64,000 bases of DNA from the NCBI GenBank assembly GCA_964016885.1, contig OZ024749.1, positions 48,484,001 through 48,548,000 on the forward strand. Reading direction: 5' to 3'. Numbering within the stretch: position 1 is the stretch's first letter; the number at the start of each line of letters is the position of its first letter. Below, in pieces: positions 41,993-57,022 of this stretch. This stretch comes from Eledone cirrhosa. Its lineage: Eukaryota. The translations under genes were made by a program, and so were the position numbers. The notes beneath the pieces are model-generated. The model did not search any database and was not told the DNA's origin. It worked only from the letters and a program-made list of their open reading frames with translations.

Positions 41993-44402
41993 GAGAGATA
42001 GAGATAGAGAGAGAAAGTGAGAGACAGAGAGAGATAGGCTCACACTCACACACATACATATATACATACATACAAATATAGATACGTACGTACACATATA
42101 TATATAAAGTTATATTCTTTTTTTCATTACAGCTATTACTGCTGCAACTGAAAAAAATGGTAATGAACGATTCGTTAGCCATTAACTTCATTCTGAAATA
42201 TCAATAGCCTTAATCAACAGTCGATTGATATAGCCGATCACAAAAACTTCAATTATTTGATTGTATTTATCGCACTACAAAATAAGGACAAATAATTATT
42301 TAGTCTAATCTTTTTTTCACTGACAGACAGTAAATAGTTGTCCGCTTCAGTGTACCATTTACAACTTATAGCTGAATTTCATCATTAGACACAAAAAATG
42401 ACTGATTGGGTACAATCACACAAAACGTCATTCAATGCATAAATCATAACATTTACATATATGTTGAACACTTATTTAAGTATTTATCCAGAATGAATGG
42501 TGTTTTCAATCTACTGGAAATACGTATCAGATTTACTATTTATATTGCCTGAGATTTAATGGAGTTATATCAATGTTGTGTTCTTTCTGTTCTCAGTAAG
42601 TTAGCGACATTAAATATAGATAAAAGTGTAATGATTATAATGTCTGATTTCTCATGAATTCATAACTGAGTTGGCATATATTCTGAATTATTTCTGACTA
42701 TATGAATATTACCAACGTTTTCTCAGATAACGATATTGTGTGCTTGTTATAAGAGCTATTTCTTCTATTTCTAGCATTTCATCTTCCACGTCATCCTTCT
42801 TACTCTGAGACTCAGAAGGATTTCGTTCTATAAATCATGACATATTTCGTAAAAGAAAATCATTTAAATATCTTACAAAAGTAATGTTCCAATGAAAGAA
42901 AGTCTGTGTAGCTACATACATATGGATAAATCTATAGATACGAAATATATATATGATTAAAAATATTTGTGGAAGAATTATCATTGCAATAGGCAATACA
43001 ATGTATGACAAGTACAATTTAATGAGTAACAACAAAATAGGTGACACATACATTAACATCAGTCGCAATATTAAAAACAATTGAAAGCTAAATAAATATG
43101 AAAACATATGAAAACTATATATATGAAAACTATATATAACAGCATCCAATAGTCATTTACTGAATTATTCGTTGCTGATGTCAAAAGATGGAGCGTGGTG
43201 TGTTACAGAGATAAATAGATACAGAGAGATACATATGGAGGTATGAAGGGAGAGATTGAGCGTGAGAATGATAATAAGCTAGCGAGTATTCCGATATCTT
43301 CCCATTTGTCTGTACTAAATTAACAGTTACATTCCTATCAAATCTCACACAAAAGAAATTACACATTCGACACACATTTATCTACATTATATCTGAAAGA
43401 TAAAGGAGGGTTGTTGTAGGTGAAACGCAGTTCATTATAGCACTCTTCGATTATGTCTTATCTGGGGTTAAACATTAAGTAAAACAATATATAAACACGG
43501 CTTCAAAGTGTTTTCACTAGTATTTAGCCTAAAAGCAAGTATCATCGAAGATATCTATTATTAAAGTCACTGTTGGCCTGATCACACTATTATATATCTA
43601 TATCTAGTGCTACATTTCTCAATGGATACTTCCAAGTTTTCAAACTGTTATGTAGAATCTGAAGGAATTTGACTGCTTGTTATGTGAAGAGATATGCTCT
43701 TTATATAATACCGAGGGGCAATGGAGGAAGCTATGTGATAGGAGGCGGGTTATTGGAGGAATGATTGTACAGAAGAAGAAAGGTATGATATTCGTTTGTA
43801 GACTGGGTAAGGAATGGCTATTATAGAGCTAGGAGTACGGGGATACAGAAACTGCGTTAGTGAATGATACAAAAGAGCAAGGGAGAGGGAATAAATTGTA
43901 TTAGAAATATGAGCTTCAAGGCGGGAAACAGAGAGAAAATAAATAAAAAAAAACGACAACAGAAACGTAAGACAAAACGAAAAGGAATAAGAGAAATGAT
44001 ATATCCAAGAGGAAATAAAAGTAAACGTAACGCTTCTTATAGAATTAGACAGAAATCTATTTAGCAGGCCAGTTTGATTGATAGACGTAAGGGTATATAG
44101 ATACACAAAGACAAATTGCTAGGACATGATAGATATGAGATAAATATATATCAATGGAGATGAACATAAAGTTAGCAAGCGAGATAGTGAAATATTGAGA
44201 ATGAGTGAGATATAGAGAGGGGGAGAGGCAATTTTACTGTTAAATTTAGATATGTTCAATAGTAAAGTAATAAGAACAAAATGTAAAAGAAACGATCATT
44301 TGCTTCCACCAATAAATTAGGAATCACAGAAGAAATAAGATATTATGGTAACATCAACATAGGAATCTAAAATATCAATAACTTCGATACTATTCACAAT
44401 GT

Positions 44403-44474
<72 letters not shown>

Positions 44475-44835
44475 GTATATATATATATAACTCCTGCATG
44501 AAGAAAGTATATAGATGCTAGTATCACGAGGTACATGTTTAGCTGATAACGAGTCATACTCCAATGTACAAGTCTAACGATCAGATATATATAATGGAAT
44601 TGGCTCGACAGCTTCCATGACATTGAGCTAATAATCTGTGAAATACACGTAAGATTCACAATACACACATATAAAGAAACTTCGTCGTTGTTCGTATTAT
44701 ATACACCCTGCTTGTGGTACCACCACCAGTATTTCACTGATTATATATGCATCCATACATCTCACTCTCTCTATATATATATCTATATATCTATATATCT
44801 ATCTATCTATATATCTATATATCTATATATATATA

Positions 44836-44942
<107 letters not shown>

Positions 44943-45023
44943 ATAGATAGATAGATAGACAGATAGATAGATAGATATATAAATAGATAGATAGATAGAT
45001 ATATAGATAGATAGATAGATAGG

Positions 45024-45089
<66 letters not shown>
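44943..45089. repeat. (GATA)n microsatellite abutting the Tx1 3' end
   Basis: Direct reading. Confidence 0.95.
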
Positions 45090-45785
45090 TATTTCTTTTA
45101 TTTGCCACTAGGGCATCAAAAGTGGGACAAGTACAAAGGGGGGAGTTTACACAAAAAGGCGTCCTCAATAAGGAGGAGGCAATAACAAAATATAAAAATA
45201 AAATAAGATATAACAAAAAATAAAATTTTTAACAAAATCCTCAATAGAGAGGAGGCGCCTTGGGGGGTCGCACACACCCCCGAAAAAAGTGTGCAACCCT
45301 TCTCCTCAGGAGCACAGAGAAGGGGTGCTCCCTTGGTCTTTCATCTTCCTCACCTATAGTCTGATGTAGAGTGAAGGCCCATTCACACGGGCCATTCTCG
45401 CCACTTTCACCCATCTTTCATAGAAACGGCTGGGGTGCAGCACCTCTCTCTCCATCCTGATCCTTCTTCCGAAATGATATCGGAAGAAACGGACCAGTTG
45501 TTGGCCAGAGAGAAAGGTGCCCGACCTCAGTCCTTTCAGACGCGTCCACCATACAACCTCTTTCGCCATGGCTATTACGCACAGAAACACCGCCTCTGCT
45601 TCATCTTTGAAGGGGGGAGGCGGCTTGATCATTACAATAGACTCGGTGGTCAACCGGATCGGTCCCACCCTTGACAGCAGTTGTTCGACATAGCCCCACA
45701 GATCGGCTACGCCCGAGCAGTGTACTAATGCGTGTGCAACGGTTTCCTCGTCGCACACGCATCTGGGACAGATCTTTTTGGCAGA
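45090..45785 (-). mobile_element. Tx1/L1-clade LINE 3' fragment: ORF2 CCHC zinc knuckle, stop at 45354 and 3' UTR
   Basis: CPRCVCDEETVAHALVHC...LW...AKEVVWWTR...FYERW is open and GC-rich against its flanks. The 3' UTR ends GCAAATAAAAGAAA before (TATC)n. Confidence 0.85.
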
Positions 45786-47723
45786 TAGATTGGTGATAAT
45801 GAAGAGGAGAAATAATTCAATATATCGATTTATAAATTGACAGCTAGAAGACAGATATGCTGAAATATATAATATATACAATCATTAGTAAATATAAACA
45901 CACGTCTATATGTAGAAATAAAGGGAATGAGCACTCAAGATACATTGTGTTGAGTTTCTGTTAATACGTTGATCAACAGTTGCTGATTAACTCCATTGTT
46001 ACTCATAGTTTCTCACCCATTTGTAATACATCCGTGGTCTATCAATAAATATATGAATGATTAGTAGAGATGGTATTTCTGTATAAACCTGAAAAATTGT
46101 ACAACGTGGTGAAGGAGTTATACATAGTGAAATATAATTAACATCTATGTTATTCACTACTAAAACGTAAAATGTCAACCTAATCGAAGTCTATGGCAAT
46201 CACCAAGAGAATATACTTCGTATCATGTGACCTATATTGTTTATAGTATCTGGAATTGCCAGGTGGAATTTCTTCCGATCCCGAGAGTCAGTCAGTACTT
46301 ATGGCCTATTTCAAATCCATTGCGTTAACTTCCTTTTTACCGGAAATATTATAGTTTGAAAAAAGGTATACACTTACGTGCTTACGGGATCAATTGTTAT
46401 ATCGTAGCTATATCGATAACGATCCATGTTTCTAACATTCATACGGATACGCTTGCGCTTTAGCTCCAATATCTAGATATTCTAGGACAGGTAATCATAA
46501 TTTTCCCTTTTCGTGACTCGAATAACTACATTTACTGATGTTAAAGAATATCCTTTGAAAACATTCATAGCACACCAGAATAATTCCTATTAATGTTGCC
46601 CGAAGAAATACAATCCTCTTTATAGACACGTGACAGAATATTGATGGTTGTATGTTAGCTGGTTGTGTGATAATCGTAATTGTGGTCGTGGAATCGATGT
46701 TGCAATATATGCTGTTCAAGGCTGTTTCTTTAAACACTGGCTACTCTGGGAAACCGCCATAATGCTGAGGGTGGATTAACCAGAGTACAATCCTTTTACA
46801 CCATTCCCCTGTTGTGTTACGGATGGAATGTTTTCTGTATAAATCTCTATATTATTAAAGGCGCTTCTAGCTAATGCTTTATTGTAATAAATACTTGAAT
46901 TATAGAATGCTCCTCTCCAATGTTACCTTGTAGAATGCCTTAATTTCCCAGGCTACCAGGTTCCATACTCTGCTTATTGAATTATTGGAATAGTTGCAGT
47001 TGAACAAGGATTTCTCGTTTTCATTTCTATAATGTTAAGTATGTTTGTCTTGTCTTGTATCTAACGTTATATATAAAATATTAGTTTCGTGCAACCTTTT
47101 GTTTTAGATCGAAATGTTATAAAATGCTTGCGGGGTAATTGGTTTCTAAATATATCTATAGTGTCTTTATTTATATTGCAATGATGTTGCAAATTCATCA
47201 TCACTCTCAATTGAGCTATTACAACTTAGTGCTTTATTCGTTACCACCATAATATGAAACAAGTCGATAGTGGTCAATCGACTTGATCTCCACAATATTT
47301 CCAGGCATATGGTGGAAGGTTCGTGATATATTGTCAGGGGAATCGAGAGGCTATTTTGTATTCAATACCATTTGATAAAAAAACTTTGCCGGTCTCATCT
47401 TGTTGTTTTGTCTTATGATTTTTCTGAACTTAATAATGCAATTACTACATTACATCATACTGCTTCAGTATGTATATGTCTTCTATATGTAACCTTGGCA
47501 TATATGAAGACCAAAAAAACTGAAATTGAAATACTGGAAATGTAATACTGATAAAATATGTGAAAGTGAATGCAATGATAAATAGATAATGTAAAATATT
47601 GGGAGGGTTGTGGAACATTCGCAGAAATGGAAAACGTGAACGTATGACAAAGATAAAGAGACTAGTTAACAGGCTTACATAGGATAAAGAGGGAAATAAG
47701 TACACAAAGCATGTCTGATATTA

Positions 47724-47747
47724 AGGGTTAGGGTTAGGGTTAGGGTT
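47724..47747 (+). repeat. Short interstitial (TTAGGG)n tract
   Basis: AGGGTTAGGGTTAGGGTTAGGGTT. Confidence 0.7.
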
Positions 47748-48045
47748 GGTAGCGGTGAATGAAAAAGATACATCATGGTGATTATCGATATATCTATATC
47801 GACATTTCTTACTACCATGTAATTTCACGTGAACCAAAGCATATATATATATGTATCAATACGTATGATTGGATGTAGTTATACTCTCTATGTCTCTCTC
47901 CGTCTCTCTATCTCACACGCACACACATACACGTACACACACACACACAAACACACATATATATATATATATATACATCGACACCCATGTCAGTCATAAG
48001 GCAATGGAAGTATATGGACATGCGAATATGGTGAGAGTGAGTGGA

Positions 48046-48172
48046 AAGAAGAAGAAGAAGAAGAAGAAGAAGAAGAAGAAGAAGAAGAAGAAGAAGAAGA
48101 AGAAGAAGAAGAAGAAGAAGAAGAAGAAGAAGAAGAAGAAGAAGAAGAAGAAGAAGAAGAAGAAGAAGAAAG

Positions 48173-48202
<30 letters not shown>
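48046..48202. repeat. (AAG)n microsatellite
   Basis: Direct reading; it explains the poly-K, poly-R and poly-S ORFs. Confidence 0.95.
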
Positions 48203-48203
<1 letters not shown>

Positions 48204-48860
48204 GTCATGTGATAATTTTTTTTCTCAGCAGTCCCTACATATTTTCTGTTCAAGAAATATTAGTATATCTGTGTATAGGGATTGCAGATTCTTGGGGTGT
48301 GCGTATATATAGCGTATATATAGCGTGCTATTTCTCTTATAGCTGCTACTACATAATTCATTATATAATGTAATTGTTCAGACAAACTTTCTATCATGGA
48401 AAATCTATATCTAGCGTGGGCACCTTTCTTCTAGCTACGCATATTATAGTAAACGATACTCACCATAGATCGGTCCACCACCATTAATAGAATAACTAAT
48501 AAACTGTCTATATAGTCTATATATCATACACCAAAGTACAGTATATATAACATCAAACAAATTATAGAAGATTAATCGAAGGAAGCGTTAATGAATGAGA
48601 GACTGAACTGTAATAAATATTGCGTTGTAATTTTTCGAAAAACAACAACAACATTTTTATATAATCATATCTTACGTGTGGTCTCCACAAGTATATAGTG
48701 CTTCGTGTTGAAGTTCCCCCCTCTCTAATATATAATGTGGTAGTTCTGATTAACTTGTGTCGTTGTGTTATAGAATGAGTCTAAATGTCTCTCAGAACAT
48801 CTACTGCATTGGAGGTTGAGGGTCGGAGAAAGAAAAGGGTCGCGGGAGTAATGATGGGAT

Positions 48861-49050
48861 ATAATTGTTTCTACTTTTGGCACAAGGCCAGCAATTACCC
48901 AGTACATTACTGGACATTTATTTTATCGACCTCTGTATGGATGAAAGGCAAAGTTAACCTCAGCGGGATTTGATCGCAAAGATCGTAAAGGGACGTAACT
49001 ATGCTGCGGAGCATGTCCGACCCTCTACCGATACTGCCAATTCACCGCCC
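48861..49050 (-). mobile_element. SINE, full length, minus strand
   Basis: Plus strand ATAATTGTTTCTACTTTTGGCACAAGGCC...TTTTATCGACC...GGATGAAAGGC...CCGATACTGCCAATTCACCGCC. Confidence 0.9.
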
Positions 49051-49440
49051 TCTAATGATAAGTTATGATGAAATATAATGTGCATAAGAAGTGCAAAATG
49101 AGCAATAGAAGGTGGGAAAAGACCGTACGGTTGTAGTTTGTAGCTCTCTCTCACTCTCTGGTCCTTTCTCTCCCCCTTTCTCTCCCTATCCCTCTGTCTC
49201 TCTCTGTCTATTTCTCTCCTTATCTCTCTCTCTCTCTATCATTTCTTCTCTCGGTCGCACTCACTCCTGAGATATAGATGTGCTAGTGTAATGCAAGTCA
49301 TCGATTGTTATTCGTTAGTACGAAACGTGACCCTTTTAGTCTGTAAATTAATATATGATAAAAAACGGATTTACATACACGCACATACACACACGCTCAC
49401 GCACACATACACACACACATATACACACACATACACACAC

Positions 49441-49522
<82 letters not shown>

Positions 49523-52500
49523 TCATTATCAAAATTTGAGATTATCGTACACCGATAATTCTCGTAATGATGCAAACCTGAATTCGTAAAGCGTCGAAAG
49601 AAATACATTTAAATGACAGATCTAGCCTCATTACAGATAGATATTAATTACTGCTTAGTGCGAGATTAGAATTTTCCCAAATCTGTATCGAATAGACATA
49701 TACAATTATGAAGTCTACAAACCCTCAGTTATGAAACAGAATGGGCCTCTTTCAGTATTTCAAATGTATGATCACATGATCAGCATTCTCATAGTATTAA
49801 AGTGCAAGAGCCCCATTGTTGAACAGACACATGCATACTTAACCTAATTCTTGTAAGTGCATCAATGTGTGACGAGGTTAACTGCCCTTTTACTTACAAG
49901 GACTCTAAATCCACTGGTCTTCAAAGTTGGTAAATGTAAATAAATTAAAATTTCACTCACGAGAGATAAGTCCATCTAGGGGGTATGATAAATGACACTT
50001 GTCAAAGAGGTTTCTCGGTGAGATCGAAACCTGAACATAAGGATTTCGAAGTGAAGGATTATAGCTGTTCAGTCATGCTTCTCTCCTATATAGATATATA
50101 CGTACTATATACGCATACAGGTGTGTACATGTGTATATATATATATATATATATGTATATCGAAAGAAAGAGACAGAACAGAGACATACGAAGGAAAAAG
50201 AAAGCTGAGGGACGTAGGTGTGGATGTGAGAGAAATGGTTGTAATTATATTGTGTAGCATCATGTGTTAGTATGTGGGAAGGAAATAGCTGTGATAATTT
50301 AGCATTGGTTATGCTGCTATACAGGAAAATAATACTCTAAACAATCTTTTAAACTAATATCAATGGAATTATAGACGAAATGTATAGAAGAATACAGCTA
50401 CCAACATATATACCTCTATAAATCTCCCCCATCCCCATCTCGCTTTCATATATATATGTATATATTTGGTGGCGGCGTGTGTAGGTGGTATAGGCAAATA
50501 TTGGAGACGTTAAGATATGGGATATGATGCACGCCTTGTAGTATTCATTCCGGGATTCTAAGGTTTACTTGTTGAATAGTTTGTCAGTTTTGTTTTGAAC
50601 CGGTCGTATTTGTTTAAACAAAACTATGACCAAATATGGTCTTACTGTCCTAGGATCAGCAGACCATATCATAAAACGTGGCATTTTATGGGATAATACA
50701 AGACAATCGTAGAATAATGTTATTGAGTTAATCTGCCTAATTTTGAAAAATTGTAGACAAAGTAAACTTCGAAGACGTTGCATTTATATAGAATTAAAGA
50801 GATTTCCTAAATGATGGCTCAAACTATTTTGGCCGATATTCAACAAGGCACTTACCCCGAATATGCATTAAATTGTCTATATAGTAATATTGATGATTTT
50901 AAATCTCAGCTTATGTTATTCAGGGAAGACGTCCATTAGACATAAGCGGTGACAATATTATTTAATTTTAACAGCAATCTTAAAGGATTTTTATAGCTAA
51001 ATAGATTGAATTTGTGCATAGTGTGTAGAAGTTAGTAACTAAATCCCGCAAAGCATTTTATATGGTGCTGTATAGTTTCAAAATTACACAGTGTATGCTA
51101 AAACTAAAGAACAGTGTATGATAGGAAAATTTGTTTGTGCATATGGTTATAATAATATTTATATTTTTTCTGTATGTAATGTATGTTATATAATGCAAGT
51201 TTTATATGCGTGCATCTACTAAATGTCAGACGTTGTTTAATAACGATATACATTTATGGTAATATAATAGCAGTGCTTCAGAGATTTAGTTGTATTACCA
51301 ACACTGTAAATCGCCATCTTATAACACTATATATAGAATATCATGAAATATATATAATGCTTATTATAGTGCTTGTTATGGAGATGCTGATATTTCTGTA
51401 TACGGCCTGTCACATCAATTGAAAATTATCTTTTGGATATTAGATCTTGTAAGGCAGATGATGTTTCTATGTTGGATATTTGGAATCCTATTTGACATTA
51501 TATCGCTGATCGATATAACAAGTAAAGATAGACGTTCTTGCCCAAATTGGTAGAAATAGCAACAAAATCACCATCAGAAAACTGACAAGAATTTTACACA
51601 AGGAAATACATGTTGGATACTGCAATCCGTCATGTATAAAGTGAGAAGATGTTCGAGCCCGTAGTAAGACGTTTGGGGCCATTGTTATATTCCCACAGAA
51701 TTGAACTGTGTCTAACTGGGTTTCGGAGAGACTTGAACACATCTATATGGGTCTCGTTGCAATTAAAACACAGATAACAGAGATGAGAAGCAAGTACTTC
51801 AAGGAAGTATAGTCAACGCACTAGCATGACTCATATTTTGAAACATTAGTTTGATATGCAAACAAAAACAAACAAAACAAATTTAACGATTTATTATTTT
51901 GTGGTGAGGGGGTTCATCGATGTTTACTCGAATGAACCAAATTAATATTTTACTGGTATTTTCTATATAAAATCGATATAAATCAGGGAAAAAATGTAAG
52001 TCAATGTTGAAACACGGTTGGAGTTTGAAATATAATGAAGGGGAGGAAGATAAAGTATATTGTAAATCATTTAATTTGGTGCGTTACCAATTCTGGCATC
52101 ATAAATTGTGAAAGTTAAATATTTACAATGAGAAAGGATGCTGCTGAGTGGATGCACCTTTTCTTAGACATATCAGACAATCTTGCGTTAGATCTAATTT
52201 CCATTTTTAAACATAAGGAAGCTACATTTCAGATAGATTATATCTGAAAAATGAAATATGATCGTCACGTAAAGAGAGTAATTGACCCTATATTAGTATA
52301 CACTGGGTTTTGTTTCATAGGCTAGTTCGGTCGAGGAGGAGAAATACACATAAAGGCAATACTGATCTTCATGCCTCAAAACAAGTGAGAGGAATGCTCT
52401 CGGAAATATGAATAAGTATTTGCAAAGAAGTGTTTACACAAACAACATGGGTAGATTTGAGAGCGAATTTCGTGTACATATCCGTAAAACTGGGTGGAGT

Positions 52501-53635
52501 CTGCTAAATATGCCCAAGGGCTGCATTATGCGAACGCCAGCACCATAAACAAAAAAAACTAAATCAAAAAAGCAATTCTGAAACAGTATGTTTCACACAA
52601 TACGATGTGTATAATAGTAAAAACATGTCCCATTATAATGTCGAATATATGTTTAATAAAGTTGTTGTTGCGTAACTCATCAATAGAGTTAAATCCTGAA
52701 AGTGCGAACACATATGGAACTAACGTACAAACGCTCTTAACATTGGCTTTTCCACTTATGAGTAGAAATAAATTAATACTTAGTACATTCTGGACAAATA
52801 TATTCCTGTGTTGATGTTCTATAGGATGTACCTATATAGAATCAACATACTATGATGGTAAATATTCCTTGTCTGTATTCCACCATCACTCTCTATAATA
52901 TATATATATATATATACATATACATAGAGAGAGATAGTGATAGAAAGACATAGAGAGAGAAAGTGAAAGATACACGTATATATAAATATGCATATTAATG
53001 GTGAGAATGTGAGGTGGTTTAAGAGGAAAGGGTATGAGTACGAGTAGGATGGACAGGGGGAGGATATAGAAATTATGTGAGAGCGAGAAGGAGAAAGGTC
53101 AAGACGTATTTGTTCATTATGAACGAAACATTACATTACGTCATTGCAATATATGTTGACCCAGTCTACCAAGCTTTAAATAGGTTCTTGTATTTAATAA
53201 CTAAACACAATCAACTACAACAGTATGGGTTGAACGAGTCTTACTCTAAATTTTTGGCTAATATTTTATAGCTTAAATATGGAAAGAAGAAATATGACCT
53301 TCACATTTACAATCCTTTTGTTTTGAGATGATTACAGGACTTGCTGATATACGATTGTTCAAGTAGACACACGAGTTGATAACAGACAGAGGAATAAAAA
53401 AAATTAGAAGATTTTCTATGACGACAGAATTCTAATTGTTAGAAATTCTAGGTAGACATACCAAACCCATGAAGATGAAAACCTATTTAACACTCATGAT
53501 AAAAAGAAGGACACTGCACTCTGTATATACCCCGAATATAATAAGTTGATGATCATGGTTTCATAGCTCTTCATCATTGAATTACTAGATCAGTACTGAC
53601 ATACTATCAACAGCAACAAAAAAGCTACACATGAT

Positions 53636-53719
53636 TGCTTTTGACTATTTCTGCACTAACACACACAAACGCACACATATGTGTGCGTGTATGTATGCAT
53701 GTTTATATATCCATACATG

Positions 53720-53809
<90 letters not shown>

Positions 53810-53911
53810 TACATATATGTATGTATGTATGCATGTATGAATATATAAACATACATACATACATATGTGTGTGTGTGTGTTAGTGTGTTATTGCAGAAAT
53901 AGTCCAAAGCA
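53636..53911. repeat. Local inverted duplication centred on (CA)n/(TA)n
   Basis: TGCTTTTGACTATTTCTGCA...ATGTTTATATATCCATACATGCATAC on the left mirrors GTATGCATGTATGAATATATAAACAT...TGCAGAAATAGTCCAAAGCA on the right. Confidence 0.8.
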
Positions 53912-53924
53912 TGCATGTATGTAA

Positions 53925-53966
<42 letters not shown>

Positions 53967-53969
53967 GCA

Positions 53970-54043
<74 letters not shown>

Positions 54044-54582
54044 TACATATATACATACATATATATGAAAATATGGATATATATACTTTGGTTGTCTACA
54101 AATAAAAGATTAAACGTGTTTCTGTGAGTCTGTGTGCATATGTAAATGTGTGTGTGTGTGTGTGTAAGCGTGTGTATGTGTGTATAAATGAACATTGACG
54201 TATTCACATATATGTGACGTAACGCAAAGATTGTGCTTTTAACTCGCGGCTCTTGAAGTATTTCACGGAACAGTAGAGTTTTCAAAGCACAAATGCCTTC
54301 AGAAGGAGATGCTAAGAAATTCAAGCAGGGGAAATGATTTCATTACTACAATATTTTCCATAATCTTTATTTTTGGTGCGGCTATGAAACGGTTGGAACA
54401 CCAAGGGAATATGAATGAAATAGTGAGAGAAGGGGATACACTAACTTCTAATAATAAACAAAATATGTCTGATCTCCTGCTTAATATATCTGTGTATATA
54501 TGTAAGTGTACATACATTGAATCACATGCACACATACCCACACCCACACACACATACACACCCACACACATACACACACACT

Positions 54583-54632
<50 letters not shown>

Positions 54633-54791
54633 TATAATGTATGATGCGTCTATGCATATGTATATATATATTTGTCCATACACTACATAGACAAACACAT
54701 ACATACAAACACATGTATATACACGGATTCCCGCACACCATGGACACACACACACACTCTCACATGCGCACACATACACACACACACACAG

Positions 54792-54915
<124 letters not shown>

Positions 54916-56457
54916 TCCAAAGCAACATTATAAGTATATGTTAACTTATATTCGATTATATATTCATGCATAGCTTTATTAGATTATCCAGGTGTGGTAC
55001 ACCATACAAGAGAGAATGTTTTCAGTGTATGAATTCACTTTATCTATATATACATATTAATATGTAGTGTGTTGTATGCGTATGTGTACGTGCGTGACTC
55101 CTTTATATGCGCATATGTGAGAGGAGGATAGGGTTGTTTAACAATCCACTTATGGTGCGGTCTGGCTTGTTGTGTGAAATACGTATAATTCATGTAGAAG
55201 CAGATTTGCTAGATATTCAAACTTGAACGGATTATAGTATAGACAAGTGGGATGTAGACTTATACAAAATAAAGCTTGTTGGATCGATATAATCGACAAA
55301 TCCTTGGCTGTCGCTGCCACAGCATGGTCGCATATTTATGAGATAAACCAGTAACGAAGAGTATGTATGCCATTCTATAAACTGCCAGAAATAGCAGCTA
55401 AGTCTGTTTAAAAGTACACCCCATTATATTAAAAGTAACTTTCCCGTTCGAAATTGCAGTCCTTGATGCCAAAAGGAAAAATCATCAACAGGGTGGCCAT
55501 ACATGGGATGTATTTGATAATATGTCTATTCTATTAGTGTTCTTTTATAATATCCTTTTATAAATAAGAACCGAATACATCCACGATAATTCAGGTCTTA
55601 ATGAAGGCCTAACCTGATATTGAATAACAAAGAAACCAAAAGGAATTACTGAATGTTCAACCATCGGTTGAACAACATACAAAATATATGCAACATGTAT
55701 AAATTTATAACAAATTATATTTGTGCCCCCGAAATAAATGCAAGTTCATTAAGTAAACAGTGAGATTATATGATTAATGGGGTGATCATTGCAGATTAGA
55801 AGATATAGCAGTGCTAATCTTACTCAGACAACGAAACTCGTTTAAAGCATGGTTTCGATTTCCCGCCAGAACGAATCCTGTTAATTTCAGTTATTAATAA
55901 CAGATTGGATAATATTTAGTAAAAAAAGATTGAAATATATCAGAAATCTGTTCCTCGTGATATAGTCATTCTATACTCCATATGACTAATCCACACATCC
56001 AACCATTTGCCTGAGAGCGGTTTCGGGATTTCTTCTCCTTACCCATTTTCTATACGTTTTGTAGATCCTGAAAGATGCATGAGCTTTAATGTTCTATTAT
56101 TGTTTAATCAATAAGGAATGTGTTGTTATTTCCCCCCATAATATATCCAGAAACACCAATGCTTTACATTTATTTTCCCTCGTTGTCTTGGTTAAAATTA
56201 TTGATTTATATTCAGATTGTATAGATGCGGTTTCTAAAGCTTTGCTCGCAAACTCTGTCAATTTTAAGTCTCTTCATTTTCCTGACTTATATATGGCACT
56301 GGTTATACACACGCAGACAGACATATACACACATAGACAGACAGTTAGACACATAGGGACAGACAGACAGATACATATATACACCCACACAGAGAGACGT
56401 ACCCACACAAATGTATACATAACTCTCAACCCCTCTCTCTTTACCTCTCTCTCTCTC

Positions 56458-56497
<40 letters not shown>

Positions 56498-56524
56498 TAT
56501 ACATACACACACACACACACACAC

Positions 56525-56575
<51 letters not shown>

Positions 56576-56735
56576 GCATTTACTTATACAGCAGGAACAA
56601 TGTCAGATAACAAAATAGTTTTGATGTTATTGTTATTGTGCATCATGGATTAGATCTAAAGCTTATGACGTAATCTCAGATGAGGTGGATATAGATCACA
56701 CGTCTGAATTAACCTCAATCCAAATGGAGAAAAAC

Positions 56736-56782
56736 AATCTAACATCGTTTCTTTCTTCAAAAGAATGAAATGATGTTAGATT
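56736..56782. repeat. 22-bp hairpin with a 3-nt loop
   Basis: AATCTAACATCGTTTCTTTCTT-CAA-AAGAATGAAATGATGTTAGATT: 20 Watson-Crick pairs, 1 G-T and 1 mismatch. Confidence 0.75.
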
Positions 56783-56970
56783 ATTGGTTGGATTTGATCT
56801 GAAAACTAAAAAGGAAACAAAAAACAAAAAACAAAAAAAAAAAAAAACAGTGAGGAATCACCTGAAGCAACAGTGCGGCACTGACAGTTACTTAAAATGA
56901 AACATCATGTGAAGTTTACTGCTATTTCTGTCAATCATTAAATGTATTTCATAAATCCTATCTATATATC

Positions 56971-57022
<52 letters not shown>

